A stretch of DNA of 28,374 nt from an archaeon (GCA_024278985.1 JAJRSC010000006.1:1-28374), one strand, 5' to 3'. Shown: positions 1-9,388, counted from the stretch's first letter. Notes: generated by a model not told the origin, from the sequence alone. A program made the numbers and translations.

Positions 1-102
1 GGTTTATAAATAAAAGCTATTACCTACCCCTTGACAAATTACATAATAGAAAAGGTTATATATTAGAAGAGATATTATACTAAATACGTAAAATTGCCTC
101 TT
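1..102 (+). promoter_or_regulatory. CRISPR leader (3' part, cut by window start) with BRE/TATA
   Basis: AT-rich non-coding sequence abutting repeat 1; GAAAAGG-TTATATA at 49-62. The degenerate repeats are at the opposite end of the array, fixing + orientation. Confidence 0.85.
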
Positions 103-1408
103 GTTAAAATCAGACCGTTGCGGTATGGAAACTTTTTTCTAATTGGGATAACATCAAGCTGATTCATTAGTTAAAATCAGACCGTTGCGGTATGGAAACG
201 CATTCTACATAGTAAATCAATAATCTCTGTAATTTGTTAAAATCAGACCGTTGCGGTATGGAAACATAACACTTCTTAATTCATGGGCTATAATATCTTC
301 AGTTAAAATCAGACCGTTGCGGTATGGAAACTTATATTGTATTTTTCTATGTATTTATCCAGTATTTTAGTAACTTGTTAAAATCAGACCGTTGCGGTAT
401 GGAAACTTATTACAAGGGTTTGGACAAGTTGATAACCAGATTTCTGGTTAAAATCAGACCGTTGCGGTATGGAAACACATATGGTATATCATTTGAGTAC
501 TTCAATCTCATGTTAAAATCAGACCGTTGCGGTATGGAAACCAAGACATTTTCTTTTTTATGCCCTGCATTCTACATAGTAAAGTTAAAATCAGACCGTT
601 GCGGTATGGAAACAAATCAAAAAAAAACGGGGGTGGAGACATGGCAAAAATGTTAAAATCAGACCGTTGCGGTATGGAAACATATATATTTCTTGTGTAA
701 TAGTTTTTAAATTTCTCCGTTAAAATCAGACCGTTGCGGTATGGAAACGTTTTTTTAACCAGTTTTTCAAATATTCTTTTACTGCCTCAATATCAATAGT
801 TAAAATCAGACCGTTGCGGTATGGAAACTGCACTACTTAGAAAAGTTTTTATATAAGTTTTAATGTTAAAATCAGACCGTTGCGGTATGGAAACAAATTT
901 TTAATAATTCTTGTGGGTCTTTTATGTTTTTCAAATCGTTAAAATCAGACCGTTGCGGTATGGAAACTGAATACATTTCAAATGCTGATAATATATTATT
1001 AAAGTTAAAATCAGACCGTTGCGGTATGGAAACTAATATGGTGATGAGATGGCAAAGGAGGAGCTTGAGTTAAAATCAGACCGTTGCGGTATGGAAACCA
1101 TGTATGTGGATTAACAGCATTAATGATTCAGGCATGTTAAAATCAGACCGTTGCGGTATGGAAACAATATACTGGTAAAGTCAGTTTTTTCAAGTGGTTT
1201 GATGTTAAAATCAGACCGTTGCGGTATGGAAACTGCTCAAGTAGATAATCTCTTATAAATTCCCCGTTAAAATCAGACCGTTGCGGTATGGAAACATCTC
1301 AGGTGTCATTACTAAGTACCCAGAAGGTGGCAAGTTGGTTAAAATCAGACCGTTACGGTATGGAAACTCTTTTTCCAATACCTTAATAATTTTCTAAAGT
1401 TAAAATCA
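103..1408 (+). CRISPR. CRISPR array: 19 full repeats GTTAAAATCAGACCGTTGCGGTATGGAAAC, a truncated 20th repeat and 19 spacers of 31-50 bp
   Basis: Repeats start at 103,170,236,302,377,447,512,584,652,719,799,865,938,1004,1069,1136,1204,1266,1338. Repeat 19 has G>A in the loop of the ACCG-TTG-CGGT hairpin. Only GTTAAAATCA remains at 1399-1408. The 3' ATGGAAAC is a typical Cas6 8-nt handle. No cas genes in the window. Confidence 0.99.
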
Positions 1409-1642
1409 TCAAAATTTTACAGTAATCTTACTTTTAGTTATAAAATATTTATATAAATTTAACTTAATTAAAAAATATTTAAATATACTGTAAAAAATAG
1501 AATAAGTAAAGTATATAAATAATACCCTGCTTTTATATTATTTAACTTCCTTAGTATTATTTTATAGATATAAACAAATCTATTTTCCAAAAAATATATA
1601 TAATTAAATGACAATACCTTAAAAAACTTTTATAAAATAAAA

Positions 1643-1666
1643 TTTTTACTCCCTCCGGAGTAAAAA
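1643..1666 (+). promoter_or_regulatory. 10-bp inverted repeat just upstream of the rpl30e ribosome-binding site
   Basis: TTTTTACTCC-CTCC-GGAGTAAAAA, followed by SD AGGAGGT at 1673-1679. Function unknown. Confidence 0.5.
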
Positions 1667-1686
1667 ATGAGAAGGAGGTTAAGAAT

Positions 1687-1992
1687 ATGGATATAAACAA
1701 AGCTATAAGAACTGCAGTAGATACTGGAAAAGTAATCTTGGGAAGTAAAAGAACAATAAAATTTGTTAAACACGGTGAGGGGAAGTTAGTTATCTTGGCT
1801 GATAAAATTCCTAAAGATATAGAGGAAGATATTGAATATTATGCAAAGTTATCAAATATTCCAGTATATAAACATAATATAACATCTTTAGAATTAGGGG
1901 CTGTCTGTGGAAAACCTTTCCCTGTAGCAGCTCTTTTAATAGTTGATGAAGGTCTCTCCAACATTATGGATATATTAAAAGGTGATAAGTAA
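1687..1992 (+). CDS. rpl30e: 50S ribosomal protein L30e
   Basis: [14 protein letters not shown]...[15 protein letters not shown]30e motifs; strong SD; first gene of the L30e-nusA-S12-S7-EF2 cluster. Confidence 0.97.
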   Translation: MDINKAIRTAVDTGKVILGSKRTIKFVKHGEGKLVILADKIPKDIEEDIEYYAKLSNIPVYKHNITSLELGAVCGKPFPVAALLIVDEGLSNIMDILKGDK

Positions 1993-2525
1993 TGAGTAAG
2001 TTAAGACTATCAACTGAGCAGATTATGAAAATGGGAATGTTTGAAAAAATTTCCAATGTACAACCTATTGACTGTATAATTTCTGAAGATAGAATTGCCT
2101 TTATTATCAAAGAGGGAGAAATAGGGGCTGCTATAGGGAAAGGAGGAGAACATGTAAAAGAAGCTGAGGAAAAATTTGGTAAAAAAATTGATATCATTGA
2201 ATACTCAAATGACTGGAGAAAATTTGTAAGAAATGTTTTTGCTCCTATAAAGTTAGAAGATGTTTGGATAAAAAGAATGGGAAAGGATGTTATTGCTTTT
2301 GTAAAAGTTAATCCAAAAATTAAAAGAATTGTATTAAAAAATGTTAATAGAGCTTTAGAAATATTAAAAAGACATACAAAAATAACAAAAATACAAGTAG
2401 TTACTCAACAACAAAGAAAACCAAGAAGACCAATACAAAAAAATGAAAATAATAAAAATAATAAGGAGAATTTAAGTTCTAATAGTTCTAATGAAAATTC
2501 TAATGAACAAAAAGAGAGTGAATAA
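1992..2525 (+). CDS. nusA: Archaeal NusA-like KH-domain transcription factor
   Basis: GAAIGKGG KH motif and KKIDIIEYS; TAATG coupling with rpl30e; conserved position; Asn/Glu/Ser-rich C-tail. Confidence 0.93.
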   Translation: MSKLRLSTEQIMKMGMFEKISNVQPIDCIISEDRIAFIIKEGEIGAAIGKGGEHVKEAEEKFGKKIDIIEYSNDWRKFVRNVFAPIKLEDVWIKRMGKDVIAFVKVNPKIKRIVLKNVNRALEILKRHTKITKIQVVTQQQRKPRRPIQKNENNKNNKENLSSNSSNENSNEQKESE

Positions 2526-2588
2526 AATATAAATAGTAAAATTTAAAGTTATTTAAATAAAAAAGGATGATATATTTAGGTGAAAAAT

Positions 2589-3035
2589 ATGAGTGGTAGT
2601 AAATCACCAAGAGGAGAATTTGCTGGAAGAAAATTAAGATTAAAAAGAAAATGGTGCAGATGGCACGATTATAGATATGTAAAAAGAGTTTTAAGATTAA
2701 AAGAGAAGTATGACCCATTAGAAGGAGCTCCAATGGCAAGAGGTATTGTTATTGAAAAGGTTGGTTTAGAAGCAAAGCAGCCAAACTCTGGAATTAGAAA
2801 GTGTGTAAGAGTTCAACTTATAAAAAATGGTAGAGTTGTTACAGCATTCTGTCCTGGAAATGGAGCTATAAACTTTATCGATGAACACGATGAGGTTATT
2901 ATTGAAGGTATTGGAGGACCAAAAGGTCCAAGAGCTAAAGGGGACATTCCTGGAGTTAAGTATAAAGTTATTATGGTTGGTAGAAATTCATTAAAAGAAT
3001 TAGTAAGAGGAAGACAAGAAAAAATCAAGAGATAA
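2589..3035 (+). CDS. rps12: 30S ribosomal protein S12 (uS12)
   Basis: [20 protein letters not shown] and [10 protein letters not shown] motifs. Start set at ATG 2589 after GGTGA (track uses GTG 2580). Confidence 0.98.
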   Translation: MSGSKSPRGEFAGRKLRLKRKWCRWHDYRYVKRVLRLKEKYDPLEGAPMARGIVIEKVGLEAKQPNSGIRKCVRVQLIKNGRVVTAFCPGNGAINFIDEHDEVIIEGIGGPKGPRAKGDIPGVKYKVIMVGRNSLKELVRGRQEKIKR

Positions 3036-3048
3036 GAATGGTGGAAAC

Positions 3049-3624
3049 ATGGAGTTGGATGAAATTAAAATTTTTGGAAAATGGAGCACAAAGGATGTTG
3101 TTGTTAAAGACCCTGGATTAAGAAATTATATAAACTTAACTCCTATATATGTTCCACATACTGCTGGAAGATTCACTAAAAGACAATTTGAAAAAGCAAA
3201 AATGAATATTGTTGAAAGATTAGTTAATAAAGTTATGAGAAGGGAAGAAAACACAGGAAAAAAATTAAAAGCTTTAAAAATTGTTGAAAAAGCTTTTGAT
3301 ATTATTGAGAAAAAAACAAAACAAAATCCTATACAAGTCTTAGTTGATGCTATTGAAAATGCTGGACCAAGAGAAGATACTACAAGAATACAATATGGAG
3401 GTATTATTTATTTACAATCTGTTGATTGTTCTTCTTTAAGAAGAATTGATATTGCTTTAAGAAATATTGCCATTGGAGCATATAATGCAGCTCATAAAAG
3501 TAAAAAACCTATTGAGGAAGCATTAGCAGATGAAATTATTGCTGCTGCAAGAGGAGACATACAAAAAAGTTATGCTGTTAGGAAGAAAGAAGAAACTGAA
3601 AGAGTTGCTGAGTCAGCAAGATAA
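3049..3624 (+). CDS. rps7: 30S ribosomal protein S7 (uS7)
   Basis: [22 protein letters not shown] and [13 protein letters not shown] motifs. Confidence 0.98.
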   Translation: MELDEIKIFGKWSTKDVVVKDPGLRNYINLTPIYVPHTAGRFTKRQFEKAKMNIVERLVNKVMRREENTGKKLKALKIVEKAFDIIEKKTKQNPIQVLVDAIENAGPREDTTRIQYGGIIYLQSVDCSSLRRIDIALRNIAIGAYNAAHKSKKPIEEALADEIIAAARGDIQKSYAVRKKEETERVAESAR

Positions 3625-3703
3625 TTTATATAAACCTCTTTTTTATTTTAATTATAATATAATGTAAAAGATAATGACATAAAATTCATAAAAGGTGAAA
3701 TTT

Positions 3704-5884
3704 ATGGGAAAAAGAGCAAAAATGATTGCAAAGGTTAAGGAGTTAATGGAGAAGTATGATAGAATAAGAAATATTGGAATTTGTGCCCACATTGACCATG
3801 GAAAAACAACATTATCAGATAACTTATTAGCTGGAGCTGGAATGATTTCTAAAGAATTAGCTGGAGAACAGTTAGCTCTTGATTTTGATGAAGAGGAAGC
3901 TCAAAGAGGAATTACTATTTTCGCAGCTAACGTTTCTATGGTACATAACTATGAAGGTAAGGATTATTTAATCAACCTAATCGACACACCTGGACACGTT
4001 GATTTTGGAGGAGACGTTACAAGAGCTATGAGAGCAATTGATGGAGCTATTGTTGTTGTTTGTGCTGTAGAGGGAGTTATGCCACAAACAGAAACCGTAT
4101 TAAGACAAGCATTAAGAGAAAGAGTAAAACCTGTTTTATTTATAAATAAAGTAGATAGATTAATTAATGAATTAAAATTAACTCCTGAAGAATTACAAAA
4201 CAGATTTATTAAAATAATTTCTGAAATTAACAATTTAATAAGAAAAATGGCTCCAGAAGAGTTTAAAGATAAATGGTTAGTTAGAGTAGAGGATGGAAGT
4301 GTTGCATTTGGTTCAGCTTATCACAACTGGGCTATATCTGTTCCATTTATGCAAAAAAGTAAAATTACTTTCAAAGATATTATAAAATATTGTGAAGAAG
4401 ATAAACAAAAAGAACTTGCTGAAAAAGCTCCTTTACATGAGGTAGTTTTAGATATGGTTATTAAACATCTTCCAAGCCCTCCAGAAGCTCAAAAGTATAG
4501 AATTCCTCACTTATGGAAAGGAGATTTAAATTCTGAAGTTGGTAAGGCAATGCTTAACTGTGACCCTAATGGTCCATTAGCAGGGGTAATTACCAAAATT
4601 ATAATGGATAAACATGCTGGAGCTGTTTCAGTTTGTAGATTATTTAGTGGTAGAGTTAAACAGGGTAGTGAAGTTTACATGGTAAATGCCCAACAAAAGG
4701 CAAAAGTTCAGCAAGTAGCAGTATTTATGGGACCTGAAAGAATTCCAGTTGAAAGTATATCTGCTGGAAACATTTGTGCTATTGTAGGATTAAAAGAAGC
4801 TTCAGCTGGAGAAACAATTTGTTCTCCAAACCATATAATTGAACCATTTGAAGCTTTAACTCACATTAGTGAGCCAGTTATTACAGTAGCTATTGAAGCT
4901 AAAAACACAAAAGATTTACCAAAATTAATTGAAGTATTAAGACAAATAGCAAGAGAAGACCCTACTGCAAGAGTTGAAATTAATGAAGAAACTGGAGAAC
5001 ACTTATTAAGTGGTATGGGAGAGTTACATATAGAAATATTAACAAAATTAAAAATAGAAAGAGATGCAGGAATTCCTGTAGTTGTTGGGCAACCAATAGT
5101 AGTTTATAGGGAAACAGTTACAGATAAATCACCAATAATTGAAAGTAAATCTCCTAACAAACATAACAAACTCTATATTATGGTTGAACCATTAGAAGAA
5201 GGGGTTTTACAAGCATATAAAGAAGGTAAAATCCCAGATGTTGATAGTAAAAGAAAATTAGATGATAAGATAGTCCAAGAATTAATTAAGGCAGGAATGG
5301 ACCCAGAAGAAGCCAAAAGAGTTATGTGTATATATGAAGGAAATGTCTTAGTAAATATGACAAGAGGGATTGTTCATTTAGATGAAATTAAAGAATTATT
5401 AATTCAAGGATTTAAAGAAGCTATGAGAAATGGTCCATTAGCTGCAGAAAAATGTCAAGGAGTTAAAGTTAAGTTAATGGATGCAGTATTACACGAAGAT
5501 GCAATTCACAGAGGTCCAGCTCAAATAATTCCAGCTATGAGATTTGGAATTAGAGATGCCATGATGCAAGCAAAACCTGTACTATTAGAGCCAGTTCAAT
5601 TAGTATTTATAAATACTCCTCAAGATTATATGGGAGCTGCAATGAGAGAAATTAGTAACAGAAGAGGACAAATATTAGATATGGAACAAGAAGGAGATAT
5701 GGCAATTATAAAAGCAAAATGTCCAATTGCTGAAATGTTTGGATTTGCAGGAGCAATAAGAGGAGCAACACAGGGAAGATGTTTATGGAGTACTGAATTT
5801 GCAGGATATGAAAGAGTTCCAAAAGAACTTCAAGAGAAATTAATAAAAGAGATTAGAGAAAGAAAAGGTTTAAAAACTGAATAA
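3704..5884 (+). CDS. fusA: Elongation factor 2 (aEF-2)
   Basis: [23 protein letters not shown] GTPase motifs; diphthamide loop HEDAIHRG. Start set at ATG 3704 after AGGTGA. Confidence 0.99.
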   Translation: MGKRAKMIAKVKELMEKYDRIRNIGICAHIDHGKTTLSDNLLAGAGMISKELAGEQLALDFDEEEAQRGITIFAANVSMVHNYEGKDYLINLIDTPGHVDFGGDVTRAMRAIDGAIVVVCAVEGVMPQTETVLRQALRERVKPVLFINKVDRLINELKLTPEELQNRFIKIISEINNLIRKMAPEEFKDKWLVRVEDGSVAFGSAYHNWAISVPFMQKSKITFKDIIKYCEEDKQKELAEKAPLHEVVLDMVIKHLPSPPEAQKYRIPHLWKGDLNSEVGKAMLNCDPNGPLAGVITKIIMDKHAGAVSVCRLFSGRVKQGSEVYMVNAQQKAKVQQVAVFMGPERIPVESISAGNICAIVGLKEASAGETICSPNHIIEPFEALTHISEPVITVAIEAKNTKDLPKLIEVLRQIAREDPTARVEINEETGEHLLSGMGELHIEILTKLKIERDAGIPVVVGQPIVVYRETVTDKSPIIESKSPNKHNKLYIMVEPLEEGVLQAYKEGKIPDVDSKRKLDDKIVQELIKAGMDPEEAKRVMCIYEGNVLVNMTRGIVHLDEIKELLIQGFKEAMRNGPLAAEKCQGVKVKLMDAVLHEDAIHRGPAQIIPAMRFGIRDAMMQAKPVLLEPVQLVFINTPQDYMGAAMREISNRRGQILDMEQEGDMAIIKAKCPIAEMFGFAGAIRGATQGRCLWSTEFAGYERVPKELQEKLIKEIRERKGLKTE

Positions 5885-5894
5885 TTTATTTTTT

Positions 5895-6593
5895 TTATTT
5901 TAAATATTTTGTATCATCTTTAATTTTGGCATTAATAAATGCCCTTTTTCTTCTTACACAACTTTCACATTCTCCACAATGTAAAAGATCTTCTCCATTA
6001 TCTTTATAACATGAATAACTATATTTTAATATTTCAACATTTAATTTTTCTTCTAATTCTTTACCTAATTTAACAATCTCCTCCTTAGTTTTATCATAAA
6101 GAGGGGCTTCAATTTTAATTTTATTTAATGTTCCTAATTCTAAAACTTTATTATAGGCATTAATAAAATCTATTGTATTATCTGGGAAAGTTGTACCTTC
6201 TTCTTTATTAATTCCAATAAATATTTTTTCAGCATCTCTATCTTCACCAAATCCTGCAGCTATTGCTAAGAATATAACATTTCTTGCAGGGACCCATACT
6301 GCTCTCATTGTATCATAAACTATATCACTATCTAAATCCTCAATTGATAACTTAGGAATCTCTTGGTTAGTTATTAAAGCACTTTTTTTAAAATACTTTG
6401 TAAAATCTAATTTTATAACAATATGCTCAATATCTAAAATTTTAGCAATTTTTTTAGCAGAATTAATTTCTCTTTTAGCAGATTTTTGACCATAATCAAA
6501 AGTTAATGCTAATATATCATAACCAAGAGTTTTAGCATACATAGTAGCAACTGTAGAATCTAATCCTCCACTTAAAATAGAGATTGCTTTCAT
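5895..6593 (-). CDS. queC: 7-cyano-7-deazaguanine (preQ0) synthase, archaeosine pathway
   Basis: PP-loop SGGLDS, FDYGQ, VPARN and zinc motif SCY...CGECESC. Confidence 0.93.
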   Translation of the reverse strand: MKAISILSGGLDSTVATMYAKTLGYDILALTFDYGQKSAKREINSAKKIAKILDIEHIVIKLDFTKYFKKSALITNQEIPKLSIEDLDSDIVYDTMRAVWVPARNVIFLAIAAGFGEDRDAEKIFIGINKEEGTTFPDNTIDFINAYNKVLELGTLNKIKIEAPLYDKTKEEIVKLGKELEEKLNVEILKYSYSCYKDNGEDLLHCGECESCVRRKRAFINAKIKDDTKYLK

Positions 6594-6640
6594 ATTTTCA
6601 CTGGTTAAAATTTTAATAAAAAAAATAAAATTTAATAGAT

Positions 6641-7987
6641 TTAATAGATTAAGTATTTTTTAACTTCCCAATCAGTAACTGCAGTTCTAAATTCATCCCA
6701 TTCTTTTCTTTTAATTTCCATCCAATTTTCATATATGTGCTTACCTAATGCTTTTTGTAAGACGTCATCACATTCTAACATATCCAATGCTTCTTTTAAG
6801 TTTGCTGGAACTGATTCAATTCCTAACTGTCTTTTTTCTTCTTCACTCATCTTAAATATATTTTTCTCAACGGGTTCAGGTGGTGTTAATTTTCTTTTAA
6901 TTCCATCTAAACCTGCAGCTAACATACATGCAAATGCTAAATATGGGTTACATGATGGGTCTGGAGCTCTAAATTCTATTCTTGTTGCTTTTCCTCTTGG
7001 TGCAGGAACTCTAATTATAGCACTTCTATTTTTGTTAGCCCATGCAATATTTACAGGAGCTTCATATCCAGGAACTAATCTTTTGTATGAATTAACTAAT
7101 GGGTTAGTTATAGCGACTAATGCTTTAGCGTGTTCTAATATTCCAGCTATATAGCTTAAACATATTTCACTTAATCCATTGTATGGTCCATTTTCATCAT
7201 AAAATGAAGGTTCTCCATTAAACCAAACACTTTGGTGGCAGTGCATTCCATTACCATTCATTCCATAAAATGGTTTTGGCATAAATGTAGCTTTTAATCC
7301 ATGTTTTTTAGCTATATTTTTAATAGTCATCTTAAATGTTACAACACTATCAGCAGTTTTTAATGCATTGTCAAATTTGAAGTCAACTTCATGTTGTCCT
7401 GGGGCAACTTCATGGTGAGATGCCTCAACATGGAAGCCAAGGTTTTCCAAAGCTAAAACAATATCTCTTCTTATATCAGGAGCATCATCTAATGGTTCAA
7501 CATCAAAGTATCCTCCATCATCTGCTGGAATCCATTTATGTGGATTGTGAGGGTCTCTTTTTAATAAAAAGAACTCTGGTTCTGGTCCAACAAAGAACTC
7601 TCCTTTTTTCTCTTCTTTTAATTCATTTAAAATAGAAATTAATCTACTTCTTGGGTCTCCTTCAAATGGAGTTTTCTCATCTTTGTATACACTACATATA
7701 ACTCTTGCTACACTTTTCTCTTCAGGTCTCCATGGTAAAACAGAAAGAGTTGATAAGTCAGGTTTTAATAACATATCTGATTCTTCAATTCCAACAAAAC
7801 CAGTTATAGAAGACCCATCAAACCAAACTCCAGTTTCTAATATCTCTCTTAATTCTTCTTCTCCTTTTGCTCCAGTTTTTACAGGATATGCAACATTTTT
7901 TGGAAATCCTAAGATATCAACAAATTGGAATCTTATAAATTTAACATTATTATCTTTTATGTACTTTATTGCTTCTTCAACATTCAT
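6641..7987 (-). CDS. glnA: Glutamine synthetase type I
   Basis: FDGSSI, GPEPEFF, HHEVAPGQHE, ATFMPKP, NSYKRLVPGYEAP, RIEFRAPD. Start set at 7987 after GGTGAG (track start 7999). Confidence 0.98.
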   Translation of the reverse strand: MNVEEAIKYIKDNNVKFIRFQFVDILGFPKNVAYPVKTGAKGEEELREILETGVWFDGSSITGFVGIEESDMLLKPDLSTLSVLPWRPEEKSVARVICSVYKDEKTPFEGDPRSRLISILNELKEEKKGEFFVGPEPEFFLLKRDPHNPHKWIPADDGGYFDVEPLDDAPDIRRDIVLALENLGFHVEASHHEVAPGQHEVDFKFDNALKTADSVVTFKMTIKNIAKKHGLKATFMPKPFYGMNGNGMHCHQSVWFNGEPSFYDENGPYNGLSEICLSYIAGILEHAKALVAITNPLVNSYKRLVPGYEAPVNIAWANKNRSAIIRVPAPRGKATRIEFRAPDPSCNPYLAFACMLAAGLDGIKRKLTPPEPVEKNIFKMSEEEKRQLGIESVPANLKEALDMLECDDVLQKALGKHIYENWMEIKRKEWDEFRTAVTDWEVKKYLIY

Positions 7988-8010
7988 AACCCTCACCATA
8001 AAAATTCTTT

Positions 8011-8024
8011 GGAAATAAGTTTCC
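8011..8024. promoter_or_regulatory. NrpR-type nitrogen operator downstream of the glnA TATA box
   Basis: GGAA-ATAAGT-TTCC matches GGAA-N6-TTCC; minus-strand TTTATATA at 8035-8042. Confidence 0.85.
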
Positions 8025-8083
8025 TACTACCAAATATATAAAATTTACTATCATTAATAAATATGAAATCATTAATCTACAAC

Positions 8084-8107
8084 ATTAAGGAATTGCTTTT
8101 CCTTAAT
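8084..8107. promoter_or_regulatory. NrpR-type nitrogen operator (extended palindrome) upstream of the amt TATA box
   Basis: ATTAA-GGAA-TTGCTT-TTCC-TTAAT, core 8089-8102; TTAAATAT at 8113-8120. Confidence 0.85.
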
Positions 8108-8140
8108 AAAGCTTAAATATTTTTTTTTAATATGTCTATG

Positions 8141-8158
8141 TAGGTAATAAATTACCTA
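8141..8158. promoter_or_regulatory. Variant operator GGTA-N6-TACC near the expected amt transcription start
   Basis: TAGGTAAT-AA-ATTACCTA perfect inverted repeat with NrpR-box spacing. Confidence 0.55.
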
Positions 8159-8171
8159 TTGGTGGTTAAAA

Positions 8172-9323
8172 ATGTTGTCTGGGATTGATGTATTTTTCTT
8201 CTTATGGGCTGCATCGTTAATATTTTTTATGAAGGCGGGATTTATAGCGTTAGAAATTGGTCAGTTTAGAGCAAAGAATGCTGCTTATCATTGTGTTTTA
8301 AAATTGTTAGATTTAGCAGCTGTGTTTATAGCATATTTATTTATTGGTTATGGTATTTCTTATGGTTTAAATAATATACTCCCTCTAATAACTGGTAATT
8401 TTGATGCTGATTTAGGAGCTTGGTTTATGAAGATGGTTATGTTTGCAGCTGCAGCAGTGACAATTATAACTGGAGGAGTTGCTGAAAGAATAAGAATTCT
8501 TCCATACTTTATAGGAGCTTTAATTGTTGGAGGTATTTTATATCCAATTATTGAGCATTTGGTTTGGGGAGGAGGATTTTCAAGTTTGGGAATAAACTTC
8601 CATGACTATGCTGGAAGTGGAGCAGTTCATTTATTTGGGGGGTTAGTTGGTTTAATGGCAGCTTATGTTTTAGGTCCAAGAGTTGATAAATATATTAATG
8701 GGATTCCCCAAGCTATTCCTGGACATAACATTCCAATAGCTGTTTTAGGGGCATTTATTTTAGCATTTGGATGGTATGGTTTTAATATAGGTAGTGCAGC
8801 AAATGTAGGGGATGGATTAGAGTTGGTTAGGGTAGCAATTGCAACAACTATGGCAATGACTGGAGGAATCATAGGAGGAGCTTTAAGTTCAAGATGTGAT
8901 CCTCTATATACTGCTAATGGTATGTGTGCAGGATTAGTTGCTGTATGTAGTGGAGTAGATTTATTTACACCAATAGGTGCATTAATAGTTGGTTTATTAG
9001 CTGGAATTCAACAACCATTTACTTATAAATTTATTGAAGAGAAGTTAAAAATTGATGATGTTTGTGCAATAGGCCCAGTTCATGCTATGAGTGGTTTTAT
9101 AGGAGTAGTATGTGCAGGAATTCCATTTTTATTAAGAGAGGTAAAAACATCATTAGTTGATCAAATAATTGGAGGAATAATAATTTCAATAATTGCAATT
9201 GTTGGAGGGTTAATTATTTATAAGGGATTAGATATTATTCTTGGTTTAAGAGTTAAAGAAAAAGAAGAGAAAGATGGTTTAGATGTTTCAATTCTTAAAA
9301 TTCAAGCTTATTCTGATGAATAA
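8172..9323 (+). CDS. amt: Ammonium transporter (Amt/Mep family)
   Basis: GGVAER, DYAGSGAVH, FGWYGFN, IDDVCAIGPVH (twin His); multiple TM helices. Confidence 0.95.
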   Translation: MLSGIDVFFFLWAASLIFFMKAGFIALEIGQFRAKNAAYHCVLKLLDLAAVFIAYLFIGYGISYGLNNILPLITGNFDADLGAWFMKMVMFAAAAVTIITGGVAERIRILPYFIGALIVGGILYPIIEHLVWGGGFSSLGINFHDYAGSGAVHLFGGLVGLMAAYVLGPRVDKYINGIPQAIPGHNIPIAVLGAFILAFGWYGFNIGSAANVGDGLELVRVAIATTMAMTGGIIGGALSSRCDPLYTANGMCAGLVAVCSGVDLFTPIGALIVGLLAGIQQPFTYKFIEEKLKIDDVCAIGPVHAMSGFIGVVCAGIPFLLREVKTSLVDQIIGGIIISIIAIVGGLIIYKGLDIILGLRVKEKEEKDGLDVSILKIQAYSDE

Positions 9324-9388
9324 ACTTAAATGCTTTAATATAAATTATTTTTTATTTTTTTATATGTTTTTGATAAAAAGGTGAAAAT

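Noticed and set aside
324-656. 110-aa ORF in the track
   Set aside because: It lies wholly within the CRISPR array; the repeated LKSDRCGMET is translated repeat.
133-1398. Self-targeting of genes within the window by spacers
   Set aside because: No long match found by eye; a proper alignment was not possible.
6604-6611. GTTAAAAT resembling the repeat start
   Set aside because: An AT-rich 8-mer expected by chance; the GC core of the repeat is absent.
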